DNA from: an uncultured bacterium | GTDB taxonomy: Bacteria > JAJVIF01 > JAGGVT01 | Length of the DNA stretch: 64,000 nucleotides | NCBI GenBank assembly: GCA_965369605.1 | Contig: CBDURE010000001.1 | Location: forward strand, 781-64,780 | Direction: 5' to 3' | Part shown: positions 40,373 to 50,743 of the stretch, in pieces | How positions within the stretch are numbered: the first letter of the stretch is position 1 | Layout: each line of letters begins with the position of its first letter | Notes under the pieces: model-generated | Databases searched by the model: none | Told to the model about the DNA's origin: nothing | Seen by the model: only the letters and a program-made list of their open reading frames with translations | Made by a program: the position numbers and the translations under genes

Positions 40373-43057
40373 ATGTATCGAAATTACCTGTTTCTTCTTG
40401 CTTTATGTTTTGTATATGCAATGTCATTTGGATGTTCATCATCCGCTACATCACCGGTAGCGCCATCTGCCCCATATATTGAGGATTTGTGCCAACTGCC
40501 TGTTTCGGATGTTTCTGATTCAGATCGAACGCTTTTGGGCATATATACTGCGTCATTCGATATCGAATCATTATCTGCCACTATCGAACCAGATCGTACA
40601 ACCACAGTTCATTACAATATCACGTCATGGCTGTCACCGGGAATTGTTGTGAACGGTTATAACCCGGTCAGCGGAATTGTCGATGTCGATTTCACAATTA
40701 CAAATCCGTATGCAATCAACGGCTACGATGTCCGGCTGATTATCTACACTGATGCGGTCGGGCATAAACTGATAAACGCGGATGACTGGACAGGTTTATA
40801 TGAACGCGCGGGCGGTTTGCCGATTAACCCGTTCAAGGCTTTCGCCAAAAATGAGGATATGCGCAGATTTGCAGGACTGGGTCATCATACGGAAAACCTG
40901 TTGATATACCTTCCGGGAGGAAATCCTAATGTAACATTTGCGGTGGACGCATCATATCCCGCCAACTGCGAGGAGCCATACAGCATTTCAAATTTCACTC
41001 AAACACGATTGAAAGATGAAACAGGCGCGACAGCGCATCTGACAGTCGATGTTCTTGACTGGCAGGATGATGTAAACAATGTGAATTTGTTCTGTCCGGT
41101 AATTACTTCGGTTACAATGGCAGGATTTACTTATAATGCATCTGATGAATACTGGGAAATGGATATAATAAACTACACAGGCGCATCAGCAGGTGAATAT
41201 ACCGGTTACATGATTGCAAAATCCGCGAATTCCGGCTCGCTTGTGCTATATGATGAAGTGATTATTACTGTCTCGCCCGGGAATGTTCCACTAAATCCAA
41301 CAATAATTGGTGGAATATACATGCTGTCCACATGCTTCGATGTCGCTGTTCAGGGCGATTACGCTTATGCGGTGGATTGGGACGGCGGCTTGAAGGTGAT
41401 TGACATTAGCAATCCGGTGAATCCATACATTGTCGGTGTTCTCGAAACGGATGATTATGCAATCGGTGTGGCTGTTGCGGGTAATTATGCCTGCGTTGCT
41501 GATCTGTGGGATGGTTTATATGTGGTTGATATCAGCGTACCGGAGCATCCGGTTGAAACAGGCAGAGCGAATACATCTGGAAATGCGCTGGCGGTCGCTG
41601 TCCAGGGTAATTATGCCTATGTCGCTGATGGGATCGGAGGACTGGCGGTTGTGGATTGCAGCAATCCAGCCGAACCGGTAATTACAGGAGTCGCACCAAC
41701 GGATGATGAAGCAAAAGGTGTTGTTGTTTCGGGCAATTATGCTTATGTCGCTGACCGTGACGGCGGTTTGAAAGTGGTTAACGTGAGCAATCCGAATGCC
41801 CCGTTCATTGAGGGTGAGATTGACAGTCCTGACGGTCTTGCAGCCGGTGTCGCGATTTCCGGAAACCTTGTCTATGTGGGATTTACCAGCGGTGGATTGA
41901 AAATTGTTGATGTCAGTACAAAGTCATCGCCCGTGATAATAGGTGAGGTTTCTATCGATGGTCTTGTTTACGGTGTCAAGGTTAACGGTGATTATGCCTT
42001 TCTTGCAAACACATATCGCGGAATGACTGTGGTTGATATCAGCGTTCCAACAAATCCGACAGAAGTTACTAATGAAGTAACTGATGGGAATGCACTTGAC
42101 CTGGCGATCAATGGTGACTATGCCTTTATCGCAAATGATGATAATGGCATAAAGGTTTTGTACATAGGTAACCCAACCAATCCTGACGTTGTTGGTGCGA
42201 TGCCAACAAACGGCGGTGGTTATGGCGTTACTGCAGATGGCAACTACGCATACCTCGCCGCAAAAGTCGGTGATTTGAAAATAATAGATATCACTGATGA
42301 TTTCAATCCTGAAATTGTTTCCAGCATTGATACATCCACCTGGGCTTACGATGTCACTGTTAGAGGCAATTATGCATATATCGCCAATTATTATTATGGA
42401 TTATCTGTTGCGGATATTTCAAATCCGCTTGCTCCTTTCATTGAAGGTACAGTGGACACCGATGGTTACGCGTGGGGTATTGATGTTCAGGGCGATTATG
42501 CTTATATCGCCGATTACAACGGTGGGCTTCAGGTTGTGAATATCAGTGTGCCATCAGATCCGCAGGTTGTTGCCGCGCTTGATACTGTCGGATACATAAA
42601 TGATGTTGTTGTGTCCGGCTCATACGCGTATGTTGCCGATGTCAATGGTAAAATGCACGTTGTCAATATAAGTAATCCAAACGATCCTTTTGTTGAAGGC
42701 TTTGTTAGTACTGGGAATTCCGCGAATGGAGTTTTCATATCCGGCAATTTCGTTTATGTTGCCGTGAACTGGAGAGGATTGCTTGTTGTTGATGTCAGCG
42801 TGCCAAACGCACCGGAAATCATTGGTGAGGCGGATACTGCTGGCACGGCGATTGATGTTGATGTCTCAGGGAATTTCGCCTATATCGCAAATGGCAGGGA
42901 TGGTTTTATCATTGTGGATATATCCGACCCAACTGACCCATTTGTCTTCAGTTCAATGCAAACCGATGGTTATGTCGATGATGTCGCAATAGTGGACAAC
43001 ATGGCATATCTTGCTGATGGCGGCAGCGGTTTCAAGGTTGTTAAATTGTGGCTATGA
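40373..43057 (+). CDS. surface lipoprotein, family A N-terminal module + long array of LVIVD repeats
   Basis: Lipobox SFGCSS. The N-module is shared (YDVRLIIYTDAVGHKLINADDWT..NPFKAFAK..NCEEPY..DVLDWQDDV). It carries ~14 repeats of the form GNYAYVADxxGGLxVVDVSNPxxP. Confidence 0.85.
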   Translation: MYRNYLFLLALCFVYAMSFGCSSSATSPVAPSAPYIEDLCQLPVSDVSDSDRTLLGIYTASFDIESLSATIEPDRTTTVHYNITSWLSPGIVVNGYNPVSGIVDVDFTITNPYAINGYDVRLIIYTDAVGHKLINADDWTGLYERAGGLPINPFKAFAKNEDMRRFAGLGHHTENLLIYLPGGNPNVTFAVDASYPANCEEPYSISNFTQTRLKDETGATAHLTVDVLDWQDDVNNVNLFCPVITSVTMAGFTYNASDEYWEMDIINYTGASAGEYTGYMIAKSANSGSLVLYDEVIITVSPGNVPLNPTIIGGIYMLSTCFDVAVQGDYAYAVDWDGGLKVIDISNPVNPYIVGVLETDDYAIGVAVAGNYACVADLWDGLYVVDISVPEHPVETGRANTSGNALAVAVQGNYAYVADGIGGLAVVDCSNPAEPVITGVAPTDDEAKGVVVSGNYAYVADRDGGLKVVNVSNPNAPFIEGEIDSPDGLAAGVAISGNLVYVGFTSGGLKIVDVSTKSSPVIIGEVSIDGLVYGVKVNGDYAFLANTYRGMTVVDISVPTNPTEVTNEVTDGNALDLAINGDYAFIANDDNGIKVLYIGNPTNPDVVGAMPTNGGGYGVTADGNYAYLAAKVGDLKIIDITDDFNPEIVSSIDTSTWAYDVTVRGNYAYIANYYYGLSVADISNPLAPFIEGTVDTDGYAWGIDVQGDYAYIADYNGGLQVVNISVPSDPQVVAALDTVGYINDVVVSGSYAYVADVNGKMHVVNISNPNDPFVEGFVSTGNSANGVFISGNFVYVAVNWRGLLVVDVSVPNAPEIIGEADTAGTAIDVDVSGNFAYIANGRDGFIIVDISDPTDPFVFSSMQTDGYVDDVAIVDNMAYLADGGSGFKVVKLWL

Positions 43058-43104
43058 TTACGGGAATAATAAAATAACACCATGCTTTAGCGTGGGGCGT
43101 GTAA

Positions 43105-43132
43105 CCCGGCGTCCCCTCGCCGGGTTTTTTCC
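43105..43132 (+). terminator. rho-independent terminator
   Basis: cccggcg-tcccct-cgccggg followed by a T6 run. Confidence 0.6.
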
Positions 43133-43133
43133 T

Positions 43134-43829
43134 TTAGACATCCATCAACGGCTGCAGAATTTCGATTATTTTTTCTTTCTCCATTGGGCCATCATACAGG
43201 CCGATAAAACCGCCGTTTTTATCAAACACCATTTGCGACGGCACCTCCACGATATTCGCCATGCTGGTAAGTCCGACCTCCTTGTCAGTATCAACCGTTT
43301 CAAAATGGACTTTGCCGCCGATGGATGATGCCACTTCATCCATTGCAGCGTCAGTTTCGTGGCCCTTGTCGCACCATTCAGCGCTGAAGTTTACAAAAGC
43401 GGGGATGTCTGTTGGGAGGTTCAGAGCGATAGCAACAAAATGAGCAAATCCACCCCTTTCAACATGAACGAGTTGCCCGTCATCCCGGACTAGAATGTTG
43501 ATTGGCGGAACGGCATGGTGTGGGAAGTTAATCGCATTACACGCTTTAACCGTAGCCCAGCGAGTTTGCTCAAGGACATCCTCAAACACTTTTCCCGATT
43601 GCGCATCAGGTTCAATCTCGATTGTGACTGTGAGTTCGATATCCGGTTTGCGCCACGCGACCTCGGTTATTTTTGCAGGATAATCTTCTGAGTGAAATGC
43701 CAATAACTTATTTTCAATTTTCTCTGTTGATTGGTCGAACGATTTATTCGCCGCGCACGAGATGCTTATTGCGCAGATGCAAAAAGCGAATGTAATCAGC
43801 CAATATGAATATTTTAGTATTTTCATCAT
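43134..43829 (-). CDS. thioredoxin-fold lipoprotein
   Basis: Signal peptide with lipobox (AISISCAAN). A WCxxG-type motif (AEWCDKGH) sits within a thioredoxin-like beta-alpha-beta core. Confidence 0.5.
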   Translation of the reverse strand: MMKILKYSYWLITFAFCICAISISCAANKSFDQSTEKIENKLLAFHSEDYPAKITEVAWRKPDIELTVTIEIEPDAQSGKVFEDVLEQTRWATVKACNAINFPHHAVPPINILVRDDGQLVHVERGGFAHFVAIALNLPTDIPAFVNFSAEWCDKGHETDAAMDEVASSIGGKVHFETVDTDKEVGLTSMANIVEVPSQMVFDKNGGFIGLYDGPMEKEKIIEILQPLMDV

Positions 43830-43833
43830 ATAC

Positions 43834-44082
43834 CTAATCAGGCACAGGGCATGCGTTTGATATTTTCAATGTCATTACGATTTGAGAATTTTCGCTAACT
43901 TTCTCAAATGCCTCCTGTAATGCGGGAAACAGTTTATCGCTGTCCCCTGAAATGATACTGCTCATCTTTCCCGGTTCAATTTTGATTCCCTGTTTAATAA
44001 GAACATTGATCAGATCATTAATTGCGGGTGACTGCGATTTCGCACCCAGTGTATAAAGGCTAATCTCAGCTTGTATTGTCAT
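43834..44082 (-). CDS. MTH1187/YkoF-like small protein (thiamine-binding family)
   Basis: The 82-aa pattern AEISLYTLG...IEPGKMSSIISGDSDKLFPALQEAFEKV resembles MTH1187 family spacing (PLG...pm.T.ieG..de). Confidence 0.4.
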   Translation of the reverse strand: MTIQAEISLYTLGAKSQSPAINDLINVLIKQGIKIEPGKMSSIISGDSDKLFPALQEAFEKVSENSQIVMTLKISNACPVPD

Positions 44083-44744
44083 AGTTTCACTCTCCCGACA
44101 ATAAATTCGCCCCAGTTGGCGTTTAGCATTTTGCCTATTGGTTCAGTTACGCAATTCAGCCATGATGCGGACAGCGGCACAAACGCGCAGACTTGAATTT
44201 CTGGCTTGCCGAACTGCGACAGCATTTTACGAAATGAATCGATATCTGGCAGATGCGCATTTATATAAGTTTCTTTTTTTTCACGAATGCGCCTAGCGTT
44301 CAAAAGCCCGTTTCTATTCAGGCATCCGACCCAAAGGTATCCATCGCCTTTCACAAATTGCGCCATCGTGTTTAACGCCAATTGCGGGTCATGGGTAAAT
44401 TCAATGGACGCCATCGCGCACGCAATGTCGAACGAATTTTTCTCATAAGGCAATTTGAAAATATCCTCAACGTGAAATTCAGCGTTTGCGATATTTTTCG
44501 ATTTCGCGATATCGACCATTTCCGGTGAGATGTCTATTCCTGTTACATGGAATCCATGAGCGGAGAAAAACGTACTCCAATGCCCTGTGCCTGAACCGAC
44601 CTCAAGCATTTTGGGATGCTCTTTGGAAGGTGGCATCATTCGGACAACGGCGGATTTTTCAAGGCGGTCATAAATCCTGCCTTTTTCAGATTCATAGAAT
44701 GAATCGTAGCTGCTGGCGATATTTCCAAAATCGAATAAGCTCAT
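44079..44744 (-). CDS. class I SAM-dependent methyltransferase
   Basis: MLEVGSGTGHWSTFF, followed by HVTGIDISPEMV, resembles the Methyltransf_11 family. Confidence 0.7.
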   Translation of the reverse strand: MSLFDFGNIASSYDSFYESEKGRIYDRLEKSAVVRMMPPSKEHPKMLEVGSGTGHWSTFFSAHGFHVTGIDISPEMVDIAKSKNIANAEFHVEDIFKLPYEKNSFDIACAMASIEFTHDPQLALNTMAQFVKGDGYLWVGCLNRNGLLNARRIREKKETYINAHLPDIDSFRKMLSQFGKPEIQVCAFVPLSASWLNCVTEPIGKMLNANWGEFIVGRVKL

Positions 44745-44810
44745 TTTGAACGGAAAACCTTTTATCTAATCGCGGTTTATGATATATGATATTGCATTGT
44801 AAAAAAAGAA

Positions 44811-44925
44811 TAGATTCCGGGTCAAGCCCGGAATGACATTAGCTTGTCATTGCATAGTAGCTTGTCATTGCATAGCAGCTTGTCATTGCATAGTAGCTTG
44901 TCATTCCGGCGAAAGCCGGAATCCA
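44811..44925. repeat. composite hairpin/tandem-repeat element (GTCATTC family): terminal hairpins flanking 3.5 copies of an 18-bp unit
   Basis: attccggg-tcaagc-cccggaat, then (agcttgtcattgcatagt)x3.5, then gtcattccggc-gaaa-gccggaat. An inverted copy lies at 58864-58953. Confidence 0.7.
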
Positions 44926-44970
44926 TCCTTGTTCAGATGTATGTAAAAAGCAAAAGGACAGGAGCAGTCG

Positions 44971-46422
44971 ATGAAATTTGAATCACTGCAGGACTTTGTG
45001 GGATTCCTTGAATCAAAAGGTGAACTTATTCGGATATCCGAGGAGGTTGATCGTGACCTTGAGATAACCGAAATCACTGACCGTGTCTGCAAGTCGGACA
45101 ACAACAAAGCGCTGCTTTTTGAAAACGTTCGAGGATTTGAAACTCCCGTACTGATGAACGCTTTCGGCTCATTCGACCGTATGGCGTGGGCGCTTGGAGT
45201 TGGGAATATAGATTCAATTGCGAATGAAATACAAGATTTGATCAATCAGGAAATCCCTGAAAGTTTATTGGATAAAGTTAAGCTGCTTCCGAAACTCGCG
45301 CAGTTCGCCCAGTTTACGCCAAAGGTTGTTAAATCAGCGCCGTGCCAGTTCATTGAAACCGAGCCTGACCTTGATGCAATCCCAATTCTTAAATGCTGGC
45401 CTGATGATGGCGGACGATTTATCACGCTGCCTCTTGTTATAACCAAAGACCCTGACACGAAAATCCGCAATATGGGAATGTATCGCATGCAGGTTTATGA
45501 TAAAACCACAACCGGCATGCACTGGCATATTCACAAGGGGGGAGCATCGCATTTTGAAAAGAGTAAAAAAATGGGGATTGAACGCATGGAGGTAGCAGTC
45601 GCAATCGGCGCAGATCCCGCGACAATATACTCCGCGACCGCTCCACTGCCGGATGGAATCGATGAATTCCTCTTTGCCGGATTTTTGCGAAAACGTCCGG
45701 CTGAACTGGTTAAATGCAAAACTGTAGATTTGGAAGTTCCCGCGAATGCCGAGTATATTCTTGAGGGTTATGTTGATACCAGCGAACTCAGGCGTGAAGG
45801 CCCATTCGGAGATCATACCGGATACTATTCGCTTGCGGATGATTATCCTGTGTTTCATGTAACGCACATGACGCATCGCGAAAACCCGATCTATCCCGCG
45901 ACAGTAGTCGGCAAGCCTCCGATGGAGGATTGTTTCATGGGCAAAGCGACCGAACGCATTTTCCTCCCTCTTTTAAAATTAGCTCTGCCTGAAATTGTCG
46001 ACATGAATCTGCCATTAGAAGGCGTTTTTCATAATCTCGCTTTTGTCTCGATTAAAAAATCATATCCCGCTCATGCGCGGAAAGTGGCAAGTGCAATCTG
46101 GGGCATGGGTCAGATGATGTTCACTAAGCTTATCGTCATCGTTGATGAGGATGTCGATGTGCAGAACACATCCGAGGTTTTATGGAAACTTGGAAACAAC
46201 GTTTCTCCCGAACGAGACACGATGATTGTCGAGGGGCCTTTGGATGCTCTCGATCACGCATCACCGCAGGCGAATTACGGGAGCAAAATGATGATTGACG
46301 CGACGAAAAAAACTCCGGACGAGGGGCATAATCGCGAATGGCCTGATGCGATTACCATGAGCGATGATGTGAAAAAGCGCGTGGATGAGATTTGGGGCAA
46401 GCTGGGGTTGAATGATTATTAG
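44971..46422 (+). CDS. ubiD: UbiD-family decarboxylase (menaquinone/ubiquinone biosynthesis; MqnM-like in futalosine-type pathways)
   Basis: 483 aa. Conserved UbiD blocks (RNMGMYRMQV, GGASHF, EGPFGDHTGYY). Confidence 0.8.
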   Translation: MKFESLQDFVGFLESKGELIRISEEVDRDLEITEITDRVCKSDNNKALLFENVRGFETPVLMNAFGSFDRMAWALGVGNIDSIANEIQDLINQEIPESLLDKVKLLPKLAQFAQFTPKVVKSAPCQFIETEPDLDAIPILKCWPDDGGRFITLPLVITKDPDTKIRNMGMYRMQVYDKTTTGMHWHIHKGGASHFEKSKKMGIERMEVAVAIGADPATIYSATAPLPDGIDEFLFAGFLRKRPAELVKCKTVDLEVPANAEYILEGYVDTSELRREGPFGDHTGYYSLADDYPVFHVTHMTHRENPIYPATVVGKPPMEDCFMGKATERIFLPLLKLALPEIVDMNLPLEGVFHNLAFVSIKKSYPAHARKVASAIWGMGQMMFTKLIVIVDEDVDVQNTSEVLWKLGNNVSPERDTMIVEGPLDALDHASPQANYGSKMMIDATKKTPDEGHNREWPDAITMSDDVKKRVDEIWGKLGLNDY

Positions 46423-46559
46423 CGCCTTGCTTTTTCCCCCACCCCAGCCCTCCCCGCAAGCAGGGAGGGAGAATTTGTTATAACCGAATAGGGGGGAATG
46501 ACACATTTTGTTTCCCCCCACTTGTGGGGGAATTAAGGGGGGAAAGTGAATTACAAAAA

Positions 46560-47309
46560 ATGTCCAACGACGAATTCCTGAATAAAGCACTTGAACGCGA
46601 TGAGGAGACAATCAGCGCGATGTTTTCCCGCTCCGCGGATAAATACGATTTCCTCAATCACCTGCTTAGTTTGAATCTTGACAGGGGATGGCGTCGCGCG
46701 CTGGTTAATCGTTCCGGCTATCAGAACTATGGCGATGATGTCCGCGTTCTCGATTTATGCACGGGTACCGGGGATGTCCTGTTCGAGTTTTTCAGGCGAA
46801 AGGATTTTGCAGGAAACGCAATCGGGATTGATTTCGCAGTCGGGATGCTTGAAATCGCTGAAAGGAAATCTGTTAAAAAACGACTGAGTGATAGAATCCG
46901 CTTTATCGATGGCAACGCGCTTGATTTAAAATTCGAGGATGAATCGTTCGATTTGGTAACAATCGCATTTGGATTGCGAAACCTTGGCAGTCTTGAGCAG
47001 GGATTAAAAGAGGCGTTTAGAGTATTAAAACCAGGGGGGATATTTCTGTCGCTTGAATTTTTCAAGGCTGACAGGAGGTTTTCACGTTTGCTTTCTGACT
47101 GGTATATAAAAGGTGTAATTCCCGTTGTCGGCAGGATTGCAAGCGGTCAGCGCGGCGCGTATGATTATTTGCCGGCATCACGCGATGAGTTTCTTTCAGC
47201 ATCGGAGTTCAACGCCAAACTGAATGATGCCGGGTTTGTTAAAATCAATCATGGGTATTTTCTATTCAGAATCGCGGCGTTACATGTCGCGCATAAACAA
47301 CGAGTATAG
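46560..47309 (+). CDS. ubiE: demethylmenaquinone/ubiquinone C-methyltransferase UbiE/MenG
   Basis: MFSRSADKYDFLNHLLSLNLDRGWRR and VLDLCTGTGD SAM motif. The ORF is open from a GTG at 46524. Confidence 0.8.
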   Translation: MSNDEFLNKALERDEETISAMFSRSADKYDFLNHLLSLNLDRGWRRALVNRSGYQNYGDDVRVLDLCTGTGDVLFEFFRRKDFAGNAIGIDFAVGMLEIAERKSVKKRLSDRIRFIDGNALDLKFEDESFDLVTIAFGLRNLGSLEQGLKEAFRVLKPGGIFLSLEFFKADRRFSRLLSDWYIKGVIPVVGRIASGQRGAYDYLPASRDEFLSASEFNAKLNDAGFVKINHGYFLFRIAALHVAHKQRV

Positions 47310-47311
47310 AT

Positions 47312-47896
47312 ATGAAAACTGATAAACAGAATGAACATCCACTTGTAGTTGCCATTACTGGAGCATCAGGAGCAATGTATGCCTGCCGTACGTGTGAGAT
47401 GCTTCTTAAGGCTAACGCATCCGTGCATCTTATAATCACAAAAACTGCTGAGGAGATTATTCAAACCGAACTATCATCTGAGAAATCTGATTATCTTCTC
47501 AACAGTAAAGACTTTATTCATCACGACCCCAACACATTTTCAACGGAAATAGCATCCGGATCGAATCAGACTCTGGGAATGGTGATAATTCCAGCAAGCA
47601 TGGGCACAGTGGGACGGATTGCGAACGGAACAAGCGATAATCTTGTCGCCCGAGTCGCGGACGTTCACTTAAAAGAAAAGCGAAAACTTGTGATAGTTCC
47701 ACGTGAAACACCGTTGAATAGAATCCATCTGGAAAATCTGCTGAAACTAAACGATGCCGGAGCGTTGATTCTGCCGGCGATGCCATCGTTTTATTCGGGC
47801 GCTTCGACGATCGAAAATCTGATTGATACAGTGGTTGCTCGTGTGCTTGATTATTTGGAAATAAAGCATGATCTTGATGTTGGTTATATGAAATAA
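47312..47896 (+). CDS. ubiX: UbiX-family flavin prenyltransferase (MqnL-like)
   Basis: PLVVAITGASGAMYA...LVIVPRETPLNRIHLENL are typical UbiX/Pad1 motifs. Confidence 0.8.
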   Translation: MKTDKQNEHPLVVAITGASGAMYACRTCEMLLKANASVHLIITKTAEEIIQTELSSEKSDYLLNSKDFIHHDPNTFSTEIASGSNQTLGMVIIPASMGTVGRIANGTSDNLVARVADVHLKEKRKLVIVPRETPLNRIHLENLLKLNDAGALILPAMPSFYSGASTIENLIDTVVARVLDYLEIKHDLDVGYMK

Positions 47897-47899
47897 GAC

Positions 47900-48763
47900 A
47901 TGTTTCAAAAACTTGGAAAGATATTTTCAGATATCAAACTCGCGCACACAATTTTCGCGCTGCCGTTCGCGCTGTCGAGCGCGCATATTGCGTTTGATGG
48001 CAATTATGATTTTACAACGCTCGCTCTTATTCTTGTCTGCATGTTCACTGCTCGTTCAGCCGCGATGGCGTTTAATCGCTGGCTTGATCGCGATATCGAC
48101 ACAATTAACCCGCGTACGAAATCGAGGTCGATTCCATCCGGCGTTGTCGCTCCGAAAACCATGCTCGGTTTCGTGATTTTCTGTTGTGTGATTTTTGTAA
48201 TCACAACATGGTTTTTAAATATTCTTGCGTTCGTGCTTTCGCCTGTGGCTCTTGCAGTTGTGCTTGGATACTCATATTTCAAACGGTTTACATCGTGGTC
48301 GCATCTGGTTCTGGGTTTGAGCCTGGCAATAGCGCCGGTTGGCGCGTGGATTGCAATCCGGGGCGAGTTTGATATTTTACCTCTGATACTCGCTGCCGCG
48401 GTTATATTCTGGGTTGCGGGATTCGATATTATCTACGCATGCCAGGACATTGAATTTGATTTGCGAATCGGGCTTCACTCAATTCCAAAGCGATTTGGAA
48501 TAACAGGCGCTTTGGCGATTTCTTTGGTTTTTCATATTCTTACAATAGGATTATTCCTGCTATTTGGACATCTTGCCGGATGTGGGATAATTTATATGGG
48601 ATTCATTGCCGTAATTGCGATGATACTATTAGTGGAACACATGGTAGTGACTCCGAAAAGTTTGGAGCTTATCGGTGTCGCGTTTTTCACGCTGAACGGA
48701 TTCGTGAGCATGTTGTTCTATCTGGCAGTCATATTGGATAGTGGTTTCCACGGAGGCAGTTAA
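47900..48763 (+). CDS. UbiA-family aromatic prenyltransferase (MenA/MqnP-like)
   Basis: NRWLDRDIDTINPRTKSRSIPSG (first Asp-rich motif) and DIEFD (second motif). Multiple TM helices. Confidence 0.75.
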   Translation: MFQKLGKIFSDIKLAHTIFALPFALSSAHIAFDGNYDFTTLALILVCMFTARSAAMAFNRWLDRDIDTINPRTKSRSIPSGVVAPKTMLGFVIFCCVIFVITTWFLNILAFVLSPVALAVVLGYSYFKRFTSWSHLVLGLSLAIAPVGAWIAIRGEFDILPLILAAAVIFWVAGFDIIYACQDIEFDLRIGLHSIPKRFGITGALAISLVFHILTIGLFLLFGHLAGCGIIYMGFIAVIAMILLVEHMVVTPKSLELIGVAFFTLNGFVSMLFYLAVILDSGFHGGS

Positions 48764-49171
48764 ATGAAAGTAGCTTTCGATAATGTAACTTTCGCGGTCA
48801 GTGACATCGACAGCGCGCTTGACTTTTTCATTCACAAGCTTGGACTGAAAAAGGACAAAGTCTGGGACATCCCGGACATCAAGACAAAACTGGTTGAGGT
48901 GAAGGGGGATAATTTCACAATCAAATTGATGCATGATGAACGCCGAATCGCCCGTGCGAGGGAATTGGGCGATGCGCCTGATTATCCGCTTGGGTACGCT
49001 CACATGGTTTTCAAGGTTGATGATATTGATGTAACGTATCAAGACTTGGTAAGCCGTAATGTGATATTCAAAACTGAAATTATCGAGACTCCGGATGGCG
49101 CGAAACGAGCGTTTTTCGTGGGCCCCGATAATATTGAACTTGAAATAGTGCAGCATCCGGTTTCGGAGTAG
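48764..49171 (+). CDS. VOC (glyoxalase/bleomycin-resistance/dioxygenase) family protein
   Basis: 135 aa with beta-alpha-beta-beta-beta modules. HMVFKVDDID is typical of VOC and methylmalonyl-CoA-epimerase-like proteins. Confidence 0.55.
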   Translation: MKVAFDNVTFAVSDIDSALDFFIHKLGLKKDKVWDIPDIKTKLVEVKGDNFTIKLMHDERRIARARELGDAPDYPLGYAHMVFKVDDIDVTYQDLVSRNVIFKTEIIETPDGAKRAFFVGPDNIELEIVQHPVSE

Positions 49172-49181
49172 CCTGTAAACA

Positions 49182-49436
49182 ATGGCAAGGGAAACGATAG
49201 AAGATGTAAACGAAATCCTGGAGTTTGAGATCCCACCGCTAATCGGCGATGAGCGAATTCCGTACGGTTATCGCATTTTTGATTTCACCGCGATTGGCGT
49301 AAACGTGCTGTTCATGCTGCTTTGGGCAGTTGTGTGTTTAACAATCTGGGTTGCGATAAGCGCGCCATTTTTCATCATTCTCTGGCTGATTGCGACCCTG
49401 TTTGACATACTCTCCAAACCATTCAGGAAAAATTGA
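49182..49436 (+). CDS. small membrane protein, hypothetical
   Basis: 84 aa with two hydrophobic helices. Confidence 0.4.
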   Translation: MARETIEDVNEILEFEIPPLIGDERIPYGYRIFDFTAIGVNVLFMLLWAVVCLTIWVAISAPFFIILWLIATLFDILSKPFRKN

Positions 49437-49477
49437 TACGATTAATGAGAAACAGGCTACATTAGAACAAAGAAAAG

Positions 49478-49563
49478 AACCGAGCCCCGAACGTTAGTGA
49501 GGGGTAACCTTAAATCCTAAATAATCCCCATTCATACCCCTCACTCACGTTCGGGGCTCGGTT
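49478..49563. repeat. long near-perfect hairpin (29-bp stem, 28-nt loop)
   Basis: aaccgagccccgaacgtTagtgaggggta ... tacccctcactcAcgttcggggctcggtt, 28/29 bp complementary. Confidence 0.8.
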
Positions 49564-49664
49564 ACAAATGAGTTTTTATTATAATAGCAATTATGCAACC
49601 CAGTGTTCATCCCCTGTAACCTGACATCCCCTCGTCGGAAAAATGCTGGTATAATCACTCCATT

Positions 49665-50741
49665 ATGACAATCAATTCAGATTTAAAAACAATCGAACGC
49701 AAGGTTCAAGACGGCGAACGTTTAACCCGCGATGATGGCATCTCTCTTTATGAGTGCCGTGACATTGTGGAAATCGGGCGGCTTGCGAATATCGTTCGCC
49801 AAAAAAAACATGGCGACGTGGCGTATTACATAGTCAACAGCCATATCAACCATACGAATATCTGCGTCAACGGCTGCGGCTTTTGCGCCTTTTCAAGAGT
49901 GAAAGGGGAAAAGGGCGGGTATGAAATGAAACTGGAGGAAGTTATTAAAGCGGCATCACCCGGCTATGATGAATTCCACATCGTGGGCGGATGCCATCCT
50001 GATTTGCCATATGAATACTACCGTGAAATCATTCGTGAACTTAAAGCGCGCTATCCCGATACTGTAATGCAGGCGTACACTGCTGTTGAGATTGATCACA
50101 TTGCGAAAATCGCAGGCATGAGCGCAGAGGAAACGCTGCGGGATTTGAAATCAGCCGGCCTTGATTCACTCCCCGGCGGCGGCGCGGAGGTTTTCAGCGA
50201 GAGAATCCGAAATAAATTATTTCCTAAAAAGATTCCATCTGAAAGATGGCTTGAGATTCACGGAATCGCGCATCAGATGGGTATCCCCACAAACGCGACA
50301 ATGCTGTACGGCCACATCGAAACGCCTGAAGAGAAGGTTGATCATTTTATCAGGCTGCGTGAACAGCAGGATAAAACAGGCGGATTCCTCGCTTTCATTC
50401 CTCTTGCGTTTCATCCTGAAAATACAAAACTCGACCATTTAAGCAACACATCCGGATATGAGGATTTGCGCGAACTTGCGATAAGCCGGTTAATGCTCGA
50501 TAACTTCCCCCATATAAAGGCGTTCTGGATTATGATTGGGGAGAAACTAAGCCAGGTTTCTTTGTGGTTTGGAGTGGATGATGTTGATGGCACGGTCGAG
50601 CAGGAAAGAATAACGCATATGGCTGGCGCGAAAACGCCGAAAAAACTCGCTGAGGATTTTCTTCGCAGTTTAATTAAACGCGCGGGATGCTGTCCCGTAA
50701 GGCGGGACACGCTTTATAATATAATCGAGGTTGATGATTGA
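49665..50741 (+). CDS. radical SAM menaquinone-biosynthesis enzyme of the MqnC/MqnE family (futalosine pathway)
   Basis: The CxxxCxxC motif in NICVNGCGFCAF, the size (358 aa) and the neighbourhood with UbiD/UbiX/UbiA/UbiE homologues all fit. MqnC and MqnE are not distinguishable by eye. Confidence 0.7.
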   Translation: MTINSDLKTIERKVQDGERLTRDDGISLYECRDIVEIGRLANIVRQKKHGDVAYYIVNSHINHTNICVNGCGFCAFSRVKGEKGGYEMKLEEVIKAASPGYDEFHIVGGCHPDLPYEYYREIIRELKARYPDTVMQAYTAVEIDHIAKIAGMSAEETLRDLKSAGLDSLPGGGAEVFSERIRNKLFPKKIPSERWLEIHGIAHQMGIPTNATMLYGHIETPEEKVDHFIRLREQQDKTGGFLAFIPLAFHPENTKLDHLSNTSGYEDLRELAISRLMLDNFPHIKAFWIMIGEKLSQVSLWFGVDDVDGTVEQERITHMAGAKTPKKLAEDFLRSLIKRAGCCPVRRDTLYNIIEVDD

Positions 50742-50743
50742 TT

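Noticed and set aside
44841-44905. The tandem 18-bp repeats could be a CRISPR array
   Set aside because: The units are directly contiguous with no unique spacers, and only 3.5 copies are present. No cas genes are nearby. This is a tandem-repeat element, not CRISPR.
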